DNA of 64,000 bases, from the NCBI GenBank assembly GCA_002449785.1, contig DJXP01000019.1, positions 102,676 through 166,675 on the forward strand, in the 5' to 3' direction. The notes under the pieces are model-generated. The model saw only the letters and a program-made list of their open reading frames with translations, made no database searches and was not told where the DNA came from. This stretch comes from Clostridiales bacterium UBA7001. GTDB lineage: Bacteria; Bacillota; Clostridia; TANB77; CAG-508. Shown in pieces: positions 29,822 to 38,685 of the stretch. Positions within the stretch are counted from its first letter, which is position 1. Every line of letters starts with the position of its first letter. Position numbers and translations under genes: made by a program.

Positions 29822-29889
29822 TATTCAGTAAAAATATAGAGTAGACTACTTTTATATTTTGTTTTGGAGGTGTAAAAAAAAATAGCGAA

Positions 29890-30801
29890 ATGGAAAAGCA
29901 TATCAATAAATCTGTAAATCTAAAACAAATGGCAATTGAAATGCTCAAAGAAAATCACATTACTTATGATTGCATTGGAAACAAAGTTTATTATGGAATG
30001 GATAGTTTTACAATTCCAATAATGATAGAGGATACAATATTTTATTTTAAATTTTTTGTAGATGCATATGAAAATGATATAAATGCTGAAATTAAAATTG
30101 TAGAATATATTAAAAGCCAGAACATTACTATTGTTCCAAAATACTTTTCAAAAGAAAATAAAAAAGTTTTTAAATCACAAAAGTATAATATGGTATTTTA
30201 TGGAACACAAAGTATTGATGGTAAAACTAATACTCAATTAAATAGACAAATAGTCGAAAATATAGTTATTAATATTGCTACTATTCATTCTAAGTTAAAA
30301 CAATTTGATATGCAAAATATAGATTTAAGGAAGTCATATACTTCAGAAAGAATACTTAAACTATTTATAAAGAATAATCGATATAACGATTTTAAAAAAA
30401 TTAATAGCTATATTGAAGAGTTAATGTCAATAAATATAGAATATGAAAAATTATATCCTATACATGCAGATTTACATATTGGAAATTTTAAAATAATTAA
30501 TGGAAAACTCGAAGGAATTATAGATTTTTCAAATATTATGGAGGCATCATTTGAGTATGATGTTAGTAAGTTTTTTCAAGATATAATAATGAAGGATATT
30601 ATTAAAATAGATGAATTAGATGATTTAATACATTTATATAGAAATACATCAAAACTGAATTTGAATCTAAAGTGCTTATATGTGAATATAGCATATAATA
30701 TTTTATTTAGATATTTATATTCAAATGAAGATAATAATGAAAAAATATTATTCTCAGTAAAAGAGTTAATAAAATATGCAAATAATCTATATCAAATATG
30801 A
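29890..30801 (+). CDS. Aminoglycoside/choline-kinase-fold phosphotransferase
   Basis: Catalytic loop 'IHADLHIGNF' (HxDxxxxN) and 'IIDFSNI' (DFG-equivalent Asp). Confidence 0.7.
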   Translation: MEKHINKSVNLKQMAIEMLKENHITYDCIGNKVYYGMDSFTIPIMIEDTIFYFKFFVDAYENDINAEIKIVEYIKSQNITIVPKYFSKENKKVFKSQKYNMVFYGTQSIDGKTNTQLNRQIVENIVINIATIHSKLKQFDMQNIDLRKSYTSERILKLFIKNNRYNDFKKINSYIEELMSINIEYEKLYPIHADLHIGNFKIINGKLEGIIDFSNIMEASFEYDVSKFFQDIIMKDIIKIDELDDLIHLYRNTSKLNLNLKCLYVNIAYNILFRYLYSNEDNNEKILFSVKELIKYANNLYQI

Positions 30802-30817
30802 AAGGGGAATTAATATT

Positions 30818-31144
30818 ATGGATGAAAAAGATAAGGTAAAAGAAATGGCAAACGAAATTATTAAAAAAGGAAGCAAAGCACAGAATAGTGAAGAATTTAT
30901 TAGAACACAATTGAATAGATTTAAAAACTCGATTATTAATTTAGGATATTCTAATGAATCTATTGCATTTTTGGAAGAGTTTATAGAAGGAAGCCTTGAT
31001 ATGAGGGAACAAAGAACTAATTCTGGAGAAGAACCTAAAAAGGATAACATTTCAACTAAAAGGGAAGAACCCCAAACAACGGGATATAACACAATATCAG
31101 GATGTGCAAGTTGTGGTGGAAGTAGGAGAAAATCGAGATGTTAA
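30818..31144 (+). CDS. 109-aa protein with Cys-rich C-terminal tail (candidate RiPP precursor)
   Basis: Helical, acidic body ending in 'GYNTISGCASCGGSRRKSRC'. Its stop codon overlaps the next start codon (ATGTTAA at 31138-31144). AAAGGGGA Shine-Dalgarno sequence before the ATG at 30818. Confidence 0.5.
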   Translation: MDEKDKVKEMANEIIKKGSKAQNSEEFIRTQLNRFKNSIINLGYSNESIAFLEEFIEGSLDMREQRTNSGEEPKKDNISTKREEPQTTGYNTISGCASCGGSRRKSRC

Positions 31145-32439
31145 CAGATGATTTTTTTACTATAGCAAAGGATAATTTTTTATGTAATACTTCATATCCA
31201 TTAGATAAATACAATTGGAATGAATATAAAACAACTAATAATGTAGATATTTTCAATAACGAGCATGATTTTAATTTTTACATTCACATTCCATTTTGTG
31301 AGAAACTGTGTACATTTTGCGAATACATAAAATATCCTAAAAATGGTATAGAAAAAGAGAAAGAATATCTACGAATTTTAAAGAGGGATATATACAAATT
31401 TATAGAGGAACATAGTCCAATACAGCTTTATGGATTTGATATAGGAGGAGGAACTCCAACAGTTCTATATGATGATATATTTTCAGAATTAATGGATTTT
31501 TGCAAAAGTATTATAGATAGTATTAGTAAAGTAAAAGATATGGAGCCAAGTATTGAAGCTACATTTAATACTATTACAGAAAAAAAAGCAAAAAAAATAT
31601 TTAAAGCAGGATTTAGAAGAATTTCTTTGGGAATACAAACAAGAAATTCTTCATTTTTAAAGAAAAGCAATAGAGCAGATTTAGAAGATAGTAGTATTAT
31701 AGAAAAATGTAAGATGCTAAAAGATGTTGGAATTGAAAAAATTAATATTGATTTGATGTATGGGTTAGAAAAACAAACTTATGATGATATAAAAGAAACA
31801 TTAAAGCTTATTGAAATGATTAATCCTGAACAGGTAACTTTATATGAGATTAGATATAATTTGTTAAATAAAAAAATTGATATTAATAGGGAATATTTAT
31901 ATAATCAATACTTATTCTTTTATGATAATTTAATAAAAATGGGCTATTATGCTAGATTAGGTCAAAATACATTTTCTAAAAATAAGCAGGATTTTGGGTT
32001 ATCATCTTATCTTAGATATAGAATGATAGACAATGTTTCATATAAAGGATTTGGAATTGCTGCTCAATCTAAGTCAAAAATTGGTATTAGTTATAATGTA
32101 GGGAAAAACAGAAAAAAACTTGATGATTGTTTAAATTTTAATTCATTTGGAGAAGAAGATACTTATTTATTACCAAAGGAAGAATTATTAGCAAAGTATA
32201 TTGCAATTAGTATGTATTACGGAATGTTTAAAATATCAGTAATGCAAGATATATTAAAAGCAGATCCACTTGATGTATATGGAACAGAGTTTGAATTTTT
32301 AAAAAATAATAAATATATTGAAATGAAAGGGGATAACGTATTTTTAACTGAAACAGGATTTAAATTTTACGGAGCTATTGGAGCTTTGTTTTATTCAAAT
32401 AAAGTAAAAAAATGGTTATTAGATAAAAATAATGTTTGA
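31138..32439 (+). CDS. HemN-like (class C-type) radical SAM enzyme
   Basis: 'HIPFCEKLCTFCEY' (CxxxCxxC), the 'GGGTP' motif and a HemN-type C-terminal region. Confidence 0.8.
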   Translation: MLTDDFFTIAKDNFLCNTSYPLDKYNWNEYKTTNNVDIFNNEHDFNFYIHIPFCEKLCTFCEYIKYPKNGIEKEKEYLRILKRDIYKFIEEHSPIQLYGFDIGGGTPTVLYDDIFSELMDFCKSIIDSISKVKDMEPSIEATFNTITEKKAKKIFKAGFRRISLGIQTRNSSFLKKSNRADLEDSSIIEKCKMLKDVGIEKINIDLMYGLEKQTYDDIKETLKLIEMINPEQVTLYEIRYNLLNKKIDINREYLYNQYLFFYDNLIKMGYYARLGQNTFSKNKQDFGLSSYLRYRMIDNVSYKGFGIAAQSKSKIGISYNVGKNRKKLDDCLNFNSFGEEDTYLLPKEELLAKYIAISMYYGMFKISVMQDILKADPLDVYGTEFEFLKNNKYIEMKGDNVFLTETGFKFYGAIGALFYSNKVKKWLLDKNNV

Positions 32440-33325
32440 GGAAATAGAATTATTAGGAAAAAAAATAAAAATAAAAAATTATAATTGTTCTATAAATAAA
32501 GATATTTTTCAACGCGAAAAAATAAAATTAAATCTTTATATAAAAATAAATGATGAATGTAATGCACAATGTTTATATTGTAGTAATCATAATATGAAAA
32601 ACAATGGTAAATTAGATATTGAAAAGCTTAAATTCTTGTTAAAAGAGTTAAAAAAACAAGACTTAATAAATAGAATTTCAATTACTGGTGGAGAGCCAAT
32701 GTTAAATTTTGAATTATTAAATAATGTAGTAAATTCAGTTTTTGAGGTTATTCCTAATGCATTCTTAACTATAAACACTAATGGATTTAATTTAAAGAAT
32801 ATATTAAATTTGGATGAAATTGATAAAATTGAAGGAGTTCATATAAGTAGACATCATTATGATGATATAAAGAATAACAAAATTTTTGGAATTGAAGTTG
32901 CAAGTTATAATGATATAAAAAATGTAATGGAAATGCTTAGTAATAAAAGATTAATAAGATTAAATTGTTTGTTACTGAAAGGAAATATTGACAATATAGA
33001 TGAGGTAAATAAATATTTAGAATTTGCAAGTTTGCTTGATGTTTTTAGGGTAGGATTTGTATCTTTAATGAAAGTTAGTGATTATTGTAAAGAAAATTTT
33101 ATAGATTTTAATAATGTTTTTAATAAAGATAAAAATGTATTAAAACATTATTATGATAAGAATATATGTGAATGTATTAATGGTGCATATATTTCAAATG
33201 AAGGAAAGATTATAGAATACTATGCAAGAATGACAAAAGAATTAAATTGTGAATATTCCAGACAGTTCGTTTATACATCTGATAACAAATTAACTCTAGG
33301 ATTTGGCAAAGAGATAATTATTTAA
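32432..33325 (+). CDS. Radical SAM enzyme (MoaA/PqqE/SkfB-like core)
   Basis: 'NDECNAQCLYCSNH' (CxxxCxxC) and 'ISITGGEPML'. Three C-terminal Cys ('DYC', 'ICEC'). The start overlaps the upstream stop by 8 nt. Confidence 0.8.
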   Translation: MFEEIELLGKKIKIKNYNCSINKDIFQREKIKLNLYIKINDECNAQCLYCSNHNMKNNGKLDIEKLKFLLKELKKQDLINRISITGGEPMLNFELLNNVVNSVFEVIPNAFLTINTNGFNLKNILNLDEIDKIEGVHISRHHYDDIKNNKIFGIEVASYNDIKNVMEMLSNKRLIRLNCLLLKGNIDNIDEVNKYLEFASLLDVFRVGFVSLMKVSDYCKENFIDFNNVFNKDKNVLKHYYDKNICECINGAYISNEGKIIEYYARMTKELNCEYSRQFVYTSDNKLTLGFGKEIII

Positions 33326-33389
33326 AAAAGAGCTATTTGTTGAAGTGCTCACCATATAGTAGACACTAAAAAAGAGTGCTCTTATATTT

Positions 33390-33427
33390 AGAGACTACAT
33401 TCATTAATTGTAGTCTCTATTTTTTTG
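33390..33427 (+). terminator. Rho-independent terminator of the radical-SAM operon
   Basis: 10-bp stem AGAGACTACA / TGTAGTCTCT followed by a T-run. Confidence 0.75.
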
Positions 33428-33437
33428 GTCGAGGTGA
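33425..33437. repeat. 13-bp copy of the tRNA-Pro 3' end (att-like direct repeat)
   Basis: TTGGTCGAGGTGA at 33425-33437 is identical to 35090-35102, which covers the 3' terminal 12 nt of tRNA-Pro on the minus strand. Confidence 0.6.
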
Positions 33438-33587
33438 ATTCTTTCAAAATATTGAAAATACCGAAATATCCACTTTTTTAAAAGTGATTGCTTGGAGAAA
33501 TGCTTGGAGTTAGTTGAATAGATTTCATAATTTCAGTATAAAATAAATAATAGAAGGAATGCTAAATAGCAGTAAAAGTAGAAAAAT

Positions 33588-33699
33588 ATTACGAAAAAAG
33601 TACCTAAACGGAAAAAATTCGTAATACAAAATTGACAATAGTTTATATGAATGGTATAATTATTACGAAAAAGTTCCACAAACGGAAAAAATTCGTAAT
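33588..33699 (+). promoter_or_regulatory. Consensus promoter bracketed by two 38-bp repeat operators
   Basis: Repeats lie at 33588-33625 and 33662-33699 (ATTACGAAAAA..AAACGGAAAAAATTCGTAAT). Each has 8-bp inverted ends ATTACGAA/TTCGTAAT. Between them are TTGACA (33632-33637), a 17-nt spacer and TATAAT (33655-33660). Confidence 0.65.
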
Positions 33700-33712
33700 G
33701 GAGGTTTGGCAT

Positions 33713-34957
33713 ATGGAAATAAAAAGAGATCTATATTTAAAAAGACTTATTGAAGGCTTGGATAATGGATTAGTTAAAGTTGTAACAGGAATTAGAAGAT
33801 GCGGAAAATCCTATTTATTAGATCCTATTTTTAAGAATTATTTGCTTGAACAAGGTATTAAAGAAGATCATATTATAAAATTAGATTTAGATGAAAGAGA
33901 AAATTATATATATCACGATCCAGATGAATTAAATAAGTATGTTAAAGAAAAAATAATAGATAAATATAAGTATTATGTTATATTAGATGAAATTCAAAAA
34001 GTCAAAGAATTTGAATCTGTATTAATAGGATTTTTACATATGAAAAATGTAGAAGTTTATGTTACAGGAAGTAATTCAAAATTCTTGTCTTCTGATATTA
34101 TTACAGAATTTAGAGGTAGAGGCTGGGAAATTAAAGTATATCCACTATCTTTTAGCGAGTTTTATTCAATATATAATGGTTCAGAGGAAAAAGCATTAAA
34201 TGAATATTATACTTATGGAGGCTTACCATTGACAGTTCTTGCAAAATCAGACGAAGGTAAAATATCATATTTAAAGTCTCAAAAAGATAATGTGTATATA
34301 AAAGATATTATAGATAGAAATAATATTCAAAATAAAGAAGAATTAGAAATGCTTGTACAGATAATTTCTTCTGACATAGGATCTCTTACTAATCCATTAA
34401 AATTATCTAATAATTTTAAAGAAAGAGATAAAACATCAACAATGACAGATAAAACAATATATAATTATTTAGGATATTTACAAGATGCTTTTATGATAGA
34501 GAAAGCAAAAAGATTTGATGTTAGAGGTAAAAGATTCATAGAAACACCTCAAAAATATTATTTTACAGACATGGGAATAAGAAATTCTTTTTTAGATTTT
34601 AGACAAAGTGAAGAAATATCACATACAATGGAAAATGTTATTTATTTAGAATTAAAAAAGAGAGGATATAATGTTGATATAGGCTCTGTTGAAATTAGAG
34701 AAGGAGATAAAAGGAAACAATTAGAGATTGATTTTGTTGCTAATAAAGGTAATAACAAAATATACATTCAGTCGGCATTAGAAATGAAGACAAAAGAAAA
34801 AGTAGAACAAGAACAGAAATCTTTGTTAAATGTTAATGATTTCTTCAAAAAAATTATTATAGTAGGAGATAATATAAAAAGATCAAGATATGATAATGGA
34901 ATTATCATTATGAGTATATATGATTTCCTTCTAGATAATGAAAGTCTAAAATATTAA
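33713..34957 (+). CDS. AAA-family ATPase with DUF4143-type C-terminal domain
   Basis: Walker A 'GIRRCGKSYLL' and Walker B 'ILDEIQKV'. GGAGG Shine-Dalgarno sequence before the ATG at 33713. The ORF-track TTG at 33632 is the promoter -35 box. Confidence 0.75.
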   Translation: MEIKRDLYLKRLIEGLDNGLVKVVTGIRRCGKSYLLDPIFKNYLLEQGIKEDHIIKLDLDERENYIYHDPDELNKYVKEKIIDKYKYYVILDEIQKVKEFESVLIGFLHMKNVEVYVTGSNSKFLSSDIITEFRGRGWEIKVYPLSFSEFYSIYNGSEEKALNEYYTYGGLPLTVLAKSDEGKISYLKSQKDNVYIKDIIDRNNIQNKEELEMLVQIISSDIGSLTNPLKLSNNFKERDKTSTMTDKTIYNYLGYLQDAFMIEKAKRFDVRGKRFIETPQKYYFTDMGIRNSFLDFRQSEEISHTMENVIYLELKKRGYNVDIGSVEIREGDKRKQLEIDFVANKGNNKIYIQSALEMKTKEKVEQEQKSLLNVNDFFKKIIIVGDNIKRSRYDNGIIIMSIYDFLLDNESLKY

Positions 34958-34970
34958 TTGCACAATATGT

Positions 34971-35002
34971 AAAAAGGGGCTTTTTTTATAGCCCCTTTTT
35001 TG
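34971..35002 (+). terminator. Rho-independent terminator
   Basis: Stem AAAAGGGGC / GCCCCTTTT followed by a T-run. Confidence 0.7.
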
Positions 35003-35049
35003 CATAATTTTTAGAAATTTTAGCAAAGAGTATTCTGTAATAATCTTGA

Positions 35050-35087
35050 ATAAAAAAATCCTGTAATTGCCAAAAATTACAGGATTT
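35050..35087 (-). terminator. Terminator of the minus-strand tRNA pair
   Basis: 12-bp stem AATCCTGTAATT / AATTACAGGATT, followed on the minus strand by a T7 run. Confidence 0.7.
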
Positions 35088-35090
35088 TGT

Positions 35091-35166
35091 TGGTCGAGGT
35101 GACAGGGATCGAACCTGCGACCTCATGGTCCCAAACCACGCGCGCTACCAACTGCGCTACACCTCG
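35091..35166 (-). tRNA. tRNA-Pro(TGG)
   Basis: Folded by hand from the reverse complement. Acceptor stem CGAGGTG/CACCTCG, anticodon loop TTTGGGA, T-arm GCAGGTTCGATCCCTGT, and CCA is encoded. Confidence 0.9.
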
Positions 35167-35215
35167 ATTAAGCATTTTTAATATAGAGGATAGTTAGCTA
35201 ACCTCTATATTAAAA

Positions 35216-35292
<77 letters not shown>

Positions 35293-35384
35293 AGAAGACA
35301 ATAATTATATTAACACAATGAAAAGCTTTTGTCAAGAAAAAAACAATAATTTTCACCGTGTTTAGTAATATTAATTAGTCTTTA

Positions 35385-37010
35385 TTAATTTCTTTCAAAT
35401 AAAGTAAAATATTCATCTTCATAAATTACATTATATTTTGCGTCTCTTTTTAAATATTTTAATATTAATTCATCATTTTTAAGTAAAATATGAGTAAAAT
35501 CGTATTTTGTAAAAATATCTTCATAGTATTGGGTGTCACTTTTAATGCTAATAAAATCTTTAAATATATCAGTATGATTAAATTCACTACAATAAACATC
35601 TAATCTTGAATCAATAAATACAGGAATTTCGTTGAGCATTAGATAACTACCAAAATCATAATCATTATATATTCTCATTTTCTTATAATCAATATTTTCC
35701 AAAATGTACTGAGTAGCATTTATTGGATAGTTTTTGTTGCTAAAAAATTCTGTATTTCTATTGTTAATTAATTTGTAGATAGTATATGTTATACAAGAAG
35801 AAATAATAAAAAAAACTATTATATTTGATGTAAGAAATTTTTCAAAAACTTTTGTATCATTAGTTACATATATATTAAAAGCTTGATTAATTAAGTCTGC
35901 TATAACATAGCTACCTAAAAAAATTAAAAGTGTAATGTATCGTTTACTTGTAAGTGTCATAATTAATAATCCTAATATTAGAAATCCATGTTCAAGTTTA
36001 AGTTTTGTAGGTAAGAAAATTAAAAATTCTATAAGAAAAACTAGAAATATTAGAAGAGCAATGCTTGATGCTGGGACAATTGGTTGCATTTCTGAAATGT
36101 AGTGTATTGATTTTAAATTTTCAAAATTGCTATATCCAAACATAGATTTTATTATATAAGTAAATGGAACGTCATGAATCGGTGTTAGAAAACCAGTAAT
36201 AATTGTTAAAATCATTACAATTAATAAATGTTTAGTGTTATAGTTTGACCTTTTTATAATCTTATATGAAGATGTATTGTTTGATTTATTTATTATTTTT
36301 TCATAAATTTCAATGTCCTCTTTAATTTTCTTACATTTAGGGTCATTATTAGAAAGATTTTTTAATTTATTTTCAGATTTGTTTTTTAATTTTGTGTATA
36401 TATTTTTATCAGAAAAATAGTTAAAAAAAGATGCAACAATATATGGGATAAAAAGTACGAATATTAAAGGCCATGTTGCTGCGTGAAAGTTGGCAATAAT
36501 TATACCTATTATGAAAATTATTAAACCATATTTTTTTTCATCAGTTTCTATAATTTTTTCGATACAATATATTTCTATTATAAAACCTAAGAATGAAACA
36601 ATTTGCGAACGAGCTACATAATGATGCATATTAAGAAAAGAAAATACAATTACTACAAAAAAAGAAATAATTGGATTTTTATTCAATTTATATAATAAAT
36701 AATATAAGGAAATATTTATTATTATAGATAATAAAATAGTAAATATATATATTCCTAAAAAACTAAATTTCGAATAAATAATGTATATAATAATATCAAA
36801 AGCCCAATGAGAATATGTATATTTTAAACCAGATATCCAAGAAAAATGTTCTTGCATATCAATTCCATTTTCTAATATATATTTACCTATTGAAATATTA
36901 AAAAATGTATCATTTTGAAATGCTTTTGGAACAATTGAAATTGTTATAATGGCAATAATAAGTGTAAAAAGTATATTAATTTTTAATCTAACATTTTTTT
37001 CTTCATTCAT
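35385..37010 (-). CDS. Large polytopic membrane protein, GT-C (ArnT/PMT-like) glycosyltransferase candidate
   Basis: 541 aa with about 12 TM helices and a soluble C-terminal domain of about 130 aa. The architecture fits GT-C, but the family is not verified. Confidence 0.4.
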   Translation of the reverse strand: MNEEKNVRLKINILFTLIIAIITISIVPKAFQNDTFFNISIGKYILENGIDMQEHFSWISGLKYTYSHWAFDIIIYIIYSKFSFLGIYIFTILLSIIINISLYYLLYKLNKNPIISFFVVIVFSFLNMHHYVARSQIVSFLGFIIEIYCIEKIIETDEKKYGLIIFIIGIIIANFHAATWPLIFVLFIPYIVASFFNYFSDKNIYTKLKNKSENKLKNLSNNDPKCKKIKEDIEIYEKIINKSNNTSSYKIIKRSNYNTKHLLIVMILTIITGFLTPIHDVPFTYIIKSMFGYSNFENLKSIHYISEMQPIVPASSIALLIFLVFLIEFLIFLPTKLKLEHGFLILGLLIMTLTSKRYITLLIFLGSYVIADLINQAFNIYVTNDTKVFEKFLTSNIIVFFIISSCITYTIYKLINNRNTEFFSNKNYPINATQYILENIDYKKMRIYNDYDFGSYLMLNEIPVFIDSRLDVYCSEFNHTDIFKDFISIKSDTQYYEDIFTKYDFTHILLKNDELILKYLKRDAKYNVIYEDEYFTLFERN

Positions 37011-37208
37011 ATATTATATTACTCCTTTTATTTATAAAATTATAGTTTATTTGTAATAAAATGTAAAGAATATAATAGATTCTTAAAAGCTATAAATGCA
37101 ATTTAAAGAAAAAGTAGAAAATTTACATAATATGTGTTATAATATAAAAATAGAAAAAAAGAAAGGAGAATATAGTTTATTTAGAAACTGTATTGAAAGT
37201 AGAAAGAA

Positions 37209-37562
37209 ATGAATCATGAATTTATATGCTATCCAAAATGTTCAACCTGTAAGAAGGCAAAAAAATTTTTGGATGATAATAATATTAAATATAAAGAAAA
37301 AAATATTGTTACAGAAACTCCTACATATGAAGAATTAAAAAAAATTATTAAATTAAGCGGTTTACCAATTAATAAGTTTTTTAATACTAGTGGCTTAATA
37401 TATCGAAGTATGAATTTAAAAGAAGAATTAAGTAAAATTTCTGATGATGATAAAATAAGGCTACTCGCAAGTGATGGAATGTTAATTAAAAGACCACTAT
37501 TTATCATGAAAGATAAAGTGTTTGTAGGGTTTAAAGCAGAAGAGTGGGATACATTAAAATAA
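37209..37562 (+). CDS. ArsC/Spx/MgsR family protein
   Basis: N-terminal 'CSTCKKAKKFL' and 'LIKRPL'. Size and layout match the ArsC-fold family. Confidence 0.75.
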   Translation: MNHEFICYPKCSTCKKAKKFLDDNNIKYKEKNIVTETPTYEELKKIIKLSGLPINKFFNTSGLIYRSMNLKEELSKISDDDKIRLLASDGMLIKRPLFIMKDKVFVGFKAEEWDTLK

Positions 37563-37635
37563 TTTTAAAAAAACATTTACAAAAAAAAATTTATATGCTA
37601 TTATAAAATTAATGTGATATTAATATACTAAAATG

Positions 37636-37664
37636 TTGAAAAAACTTTAAAAATAGTATATAAT
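37636..37664 (+). promoter_or_regulatory. Promoter of pilin paralog 1
   Basis: TTGAAA (37636-37641), 17-nt spacer, TATAAT (37659-37664). Confidence 0.65.
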
Positions 37665-37696
37665 GTAATTAGTACAGTAAAAGGAGGATTTTAAAA

Positions 37697-38110
37697 ATGA
37701 AAAAAAATGTAATTAAAGCAATTTCACTATTATTAGTTGCAGTTTTATGTGTAACAGTATTAACAACAATTGTTAATGGCGAGACAATAGGTTATAAAAA
37801 TATTGATACAACAACAGTTACTGAAAGTGCTCAAGATACATCTGGAGCTGCTGGATTAATAAACCAATGGATGGGTGCTGCTTTAACAATTGTGCAAGTC
37901 GTTGGTGTTGGTGTAGCTGTTATTATGTTAATTATATTAGCTATTAAATATATTTCTGCTGCTCCAAGTGATAAAGCAGAAATCAAAAAACATGCTGTTG
38001 TATATGTAGTTGGTGCAGTAGTATTATTTGCAGCATCAGGAATTTTACAATTAATAAAAACATTTGCTAACCAAGCTAATGATACATTTTCAGGTTCAGG
38101 TAAACCATAG
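37697..38110 (+). CDS. VirB2/TrbC-like T4SS pilin paralog 1 (monocistronic)
   Basis: Signal peptide, a variable segment, then 'VQVVGVGVAVIMLIILAIKYISAAPSDKAEIKKHAVVYVVGAVVLFAASGIL' (TM helix, basic loop, TM helix). It has its own promoter and terminator. Confidence 0.7.
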   Translation: MKKNVIKAISLLLVAVLCVTVLTTIVNGETIGYKNIDTTTVTESAQDTSGAAGLINQWMGAALTIVQVVGVGVAVIMLIILAIKYISAAPSDKAEIKKHAVVYVVGAVVLFAASGILQLIKTFANQANDTFSGSGKP

Positions 38111-38126
38111 AGAAAGAATTATAAAG

Positions 38127-38161
38127 AACAAGCAGATTTTTAATCTGTTTGTTTTTTTTTT
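38127..38161 (+). terminator. Rho-independent terminator after pilin 1
   Basis: Stem AACAAGCAGATT / AATCTGTTTGTT followed by a T10 run. Confidence 0.8.
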
Positions 38162-38208
38162 GCAAAAATATTTACAAATCTTATATTTATATATAATATT
38201 ATAATTAG

Positions 38209-38237
38209 TTGAAAAAAAAGTAAAAAAATGTTATAAT
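38209..38237 (+). promoter_or_regulatory. Promoter of the pilin 2-6 unit
   Basis: TTGAAA (38209-38214), 17-nt spacer, TATAAT (38232-38237). Confidence 0.65.
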
Positions 38238-38284
38238 ATAAGAGAAAGATTTTAACATTAATATGTTTGCAGGAGGTAAATATT

Positions 38285-38662
38285 ATGAAAAAAAGTTTAA
38301 TGAAGCTTGTAATTTCTTTAATTATATTTTGCTTTGTTTTAGGATTTTATTTTTATTTCTCACAAGTAGAAGCCTTTGACTGGGGAGGAGAGATTAATAA
38401 TACTGTAGCATCTGAAGATAGTTCAGGAGTTTCTACATCTCTTACCGGGTTAGCTGGTACAGTGGTTACCGTTGTAAGAGTGATTTGTATGGGAGTTGCA
38501 GTAATTATGTTAATTGTTCTTGGAATAAAATATATGGTTTCAGCTCCTAGTGATAGGGCTAGTATTATGAAACATGCTTGGGTATATTTAGTAGGAGCTT
38601 TGATTATGTTTGCAAGTAGTGCAATAATTGGAATTATTGCTAAATTTGCAAGTCAATTATAA
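38285..38662 (+). CDS. VirB2/TrbC-like pilin paralog 2
   Basis: 'VVRVICMGVAVIMLIVLGIKYMVSAPSDRASIMKHAWVYLVGALIMF'. AGGAGG Shine-Dalgarno sequence before the ATG at 38285. Confidence 0.7.
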   Translation: MKKSLMKLVISLIIFCFVLGFYFYFSQVEAFDWGGEINNTVASEDSSGVSTSLTGLAGTVVTVVRVICMGVAVIMLIVLGIKYMVSAPSDRASIMKHAWVYLVGALIMFASSAIIGIIAKFASQL

Positions 38663-38685
38663 TTAGCAATTTTTAGGAGGAAAAA

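Noticed and set aside
33632-33712. N-terminal extension of the DUF4143 ATPase from the TTG at 33632
   Set aside because: That TTG is the -35 box (TTGACA) of a consensus promoter. The ATG at 33713 has a GGAGG Shine-Dalgarno sequence and gives the family-typical N-terminus 'MEIKRDLYLKRL'.
35167-35215. Hairpin TTAATATAGAGG...CCTCTATATTAA between the two minus-strand tRNAs, considered as a separate ncRNA
   Set aside because: It is most simply an inter-tRNA spacer or processing hairpin within a dicistronic tRNA transcript. Nothing suggests an independent gene.
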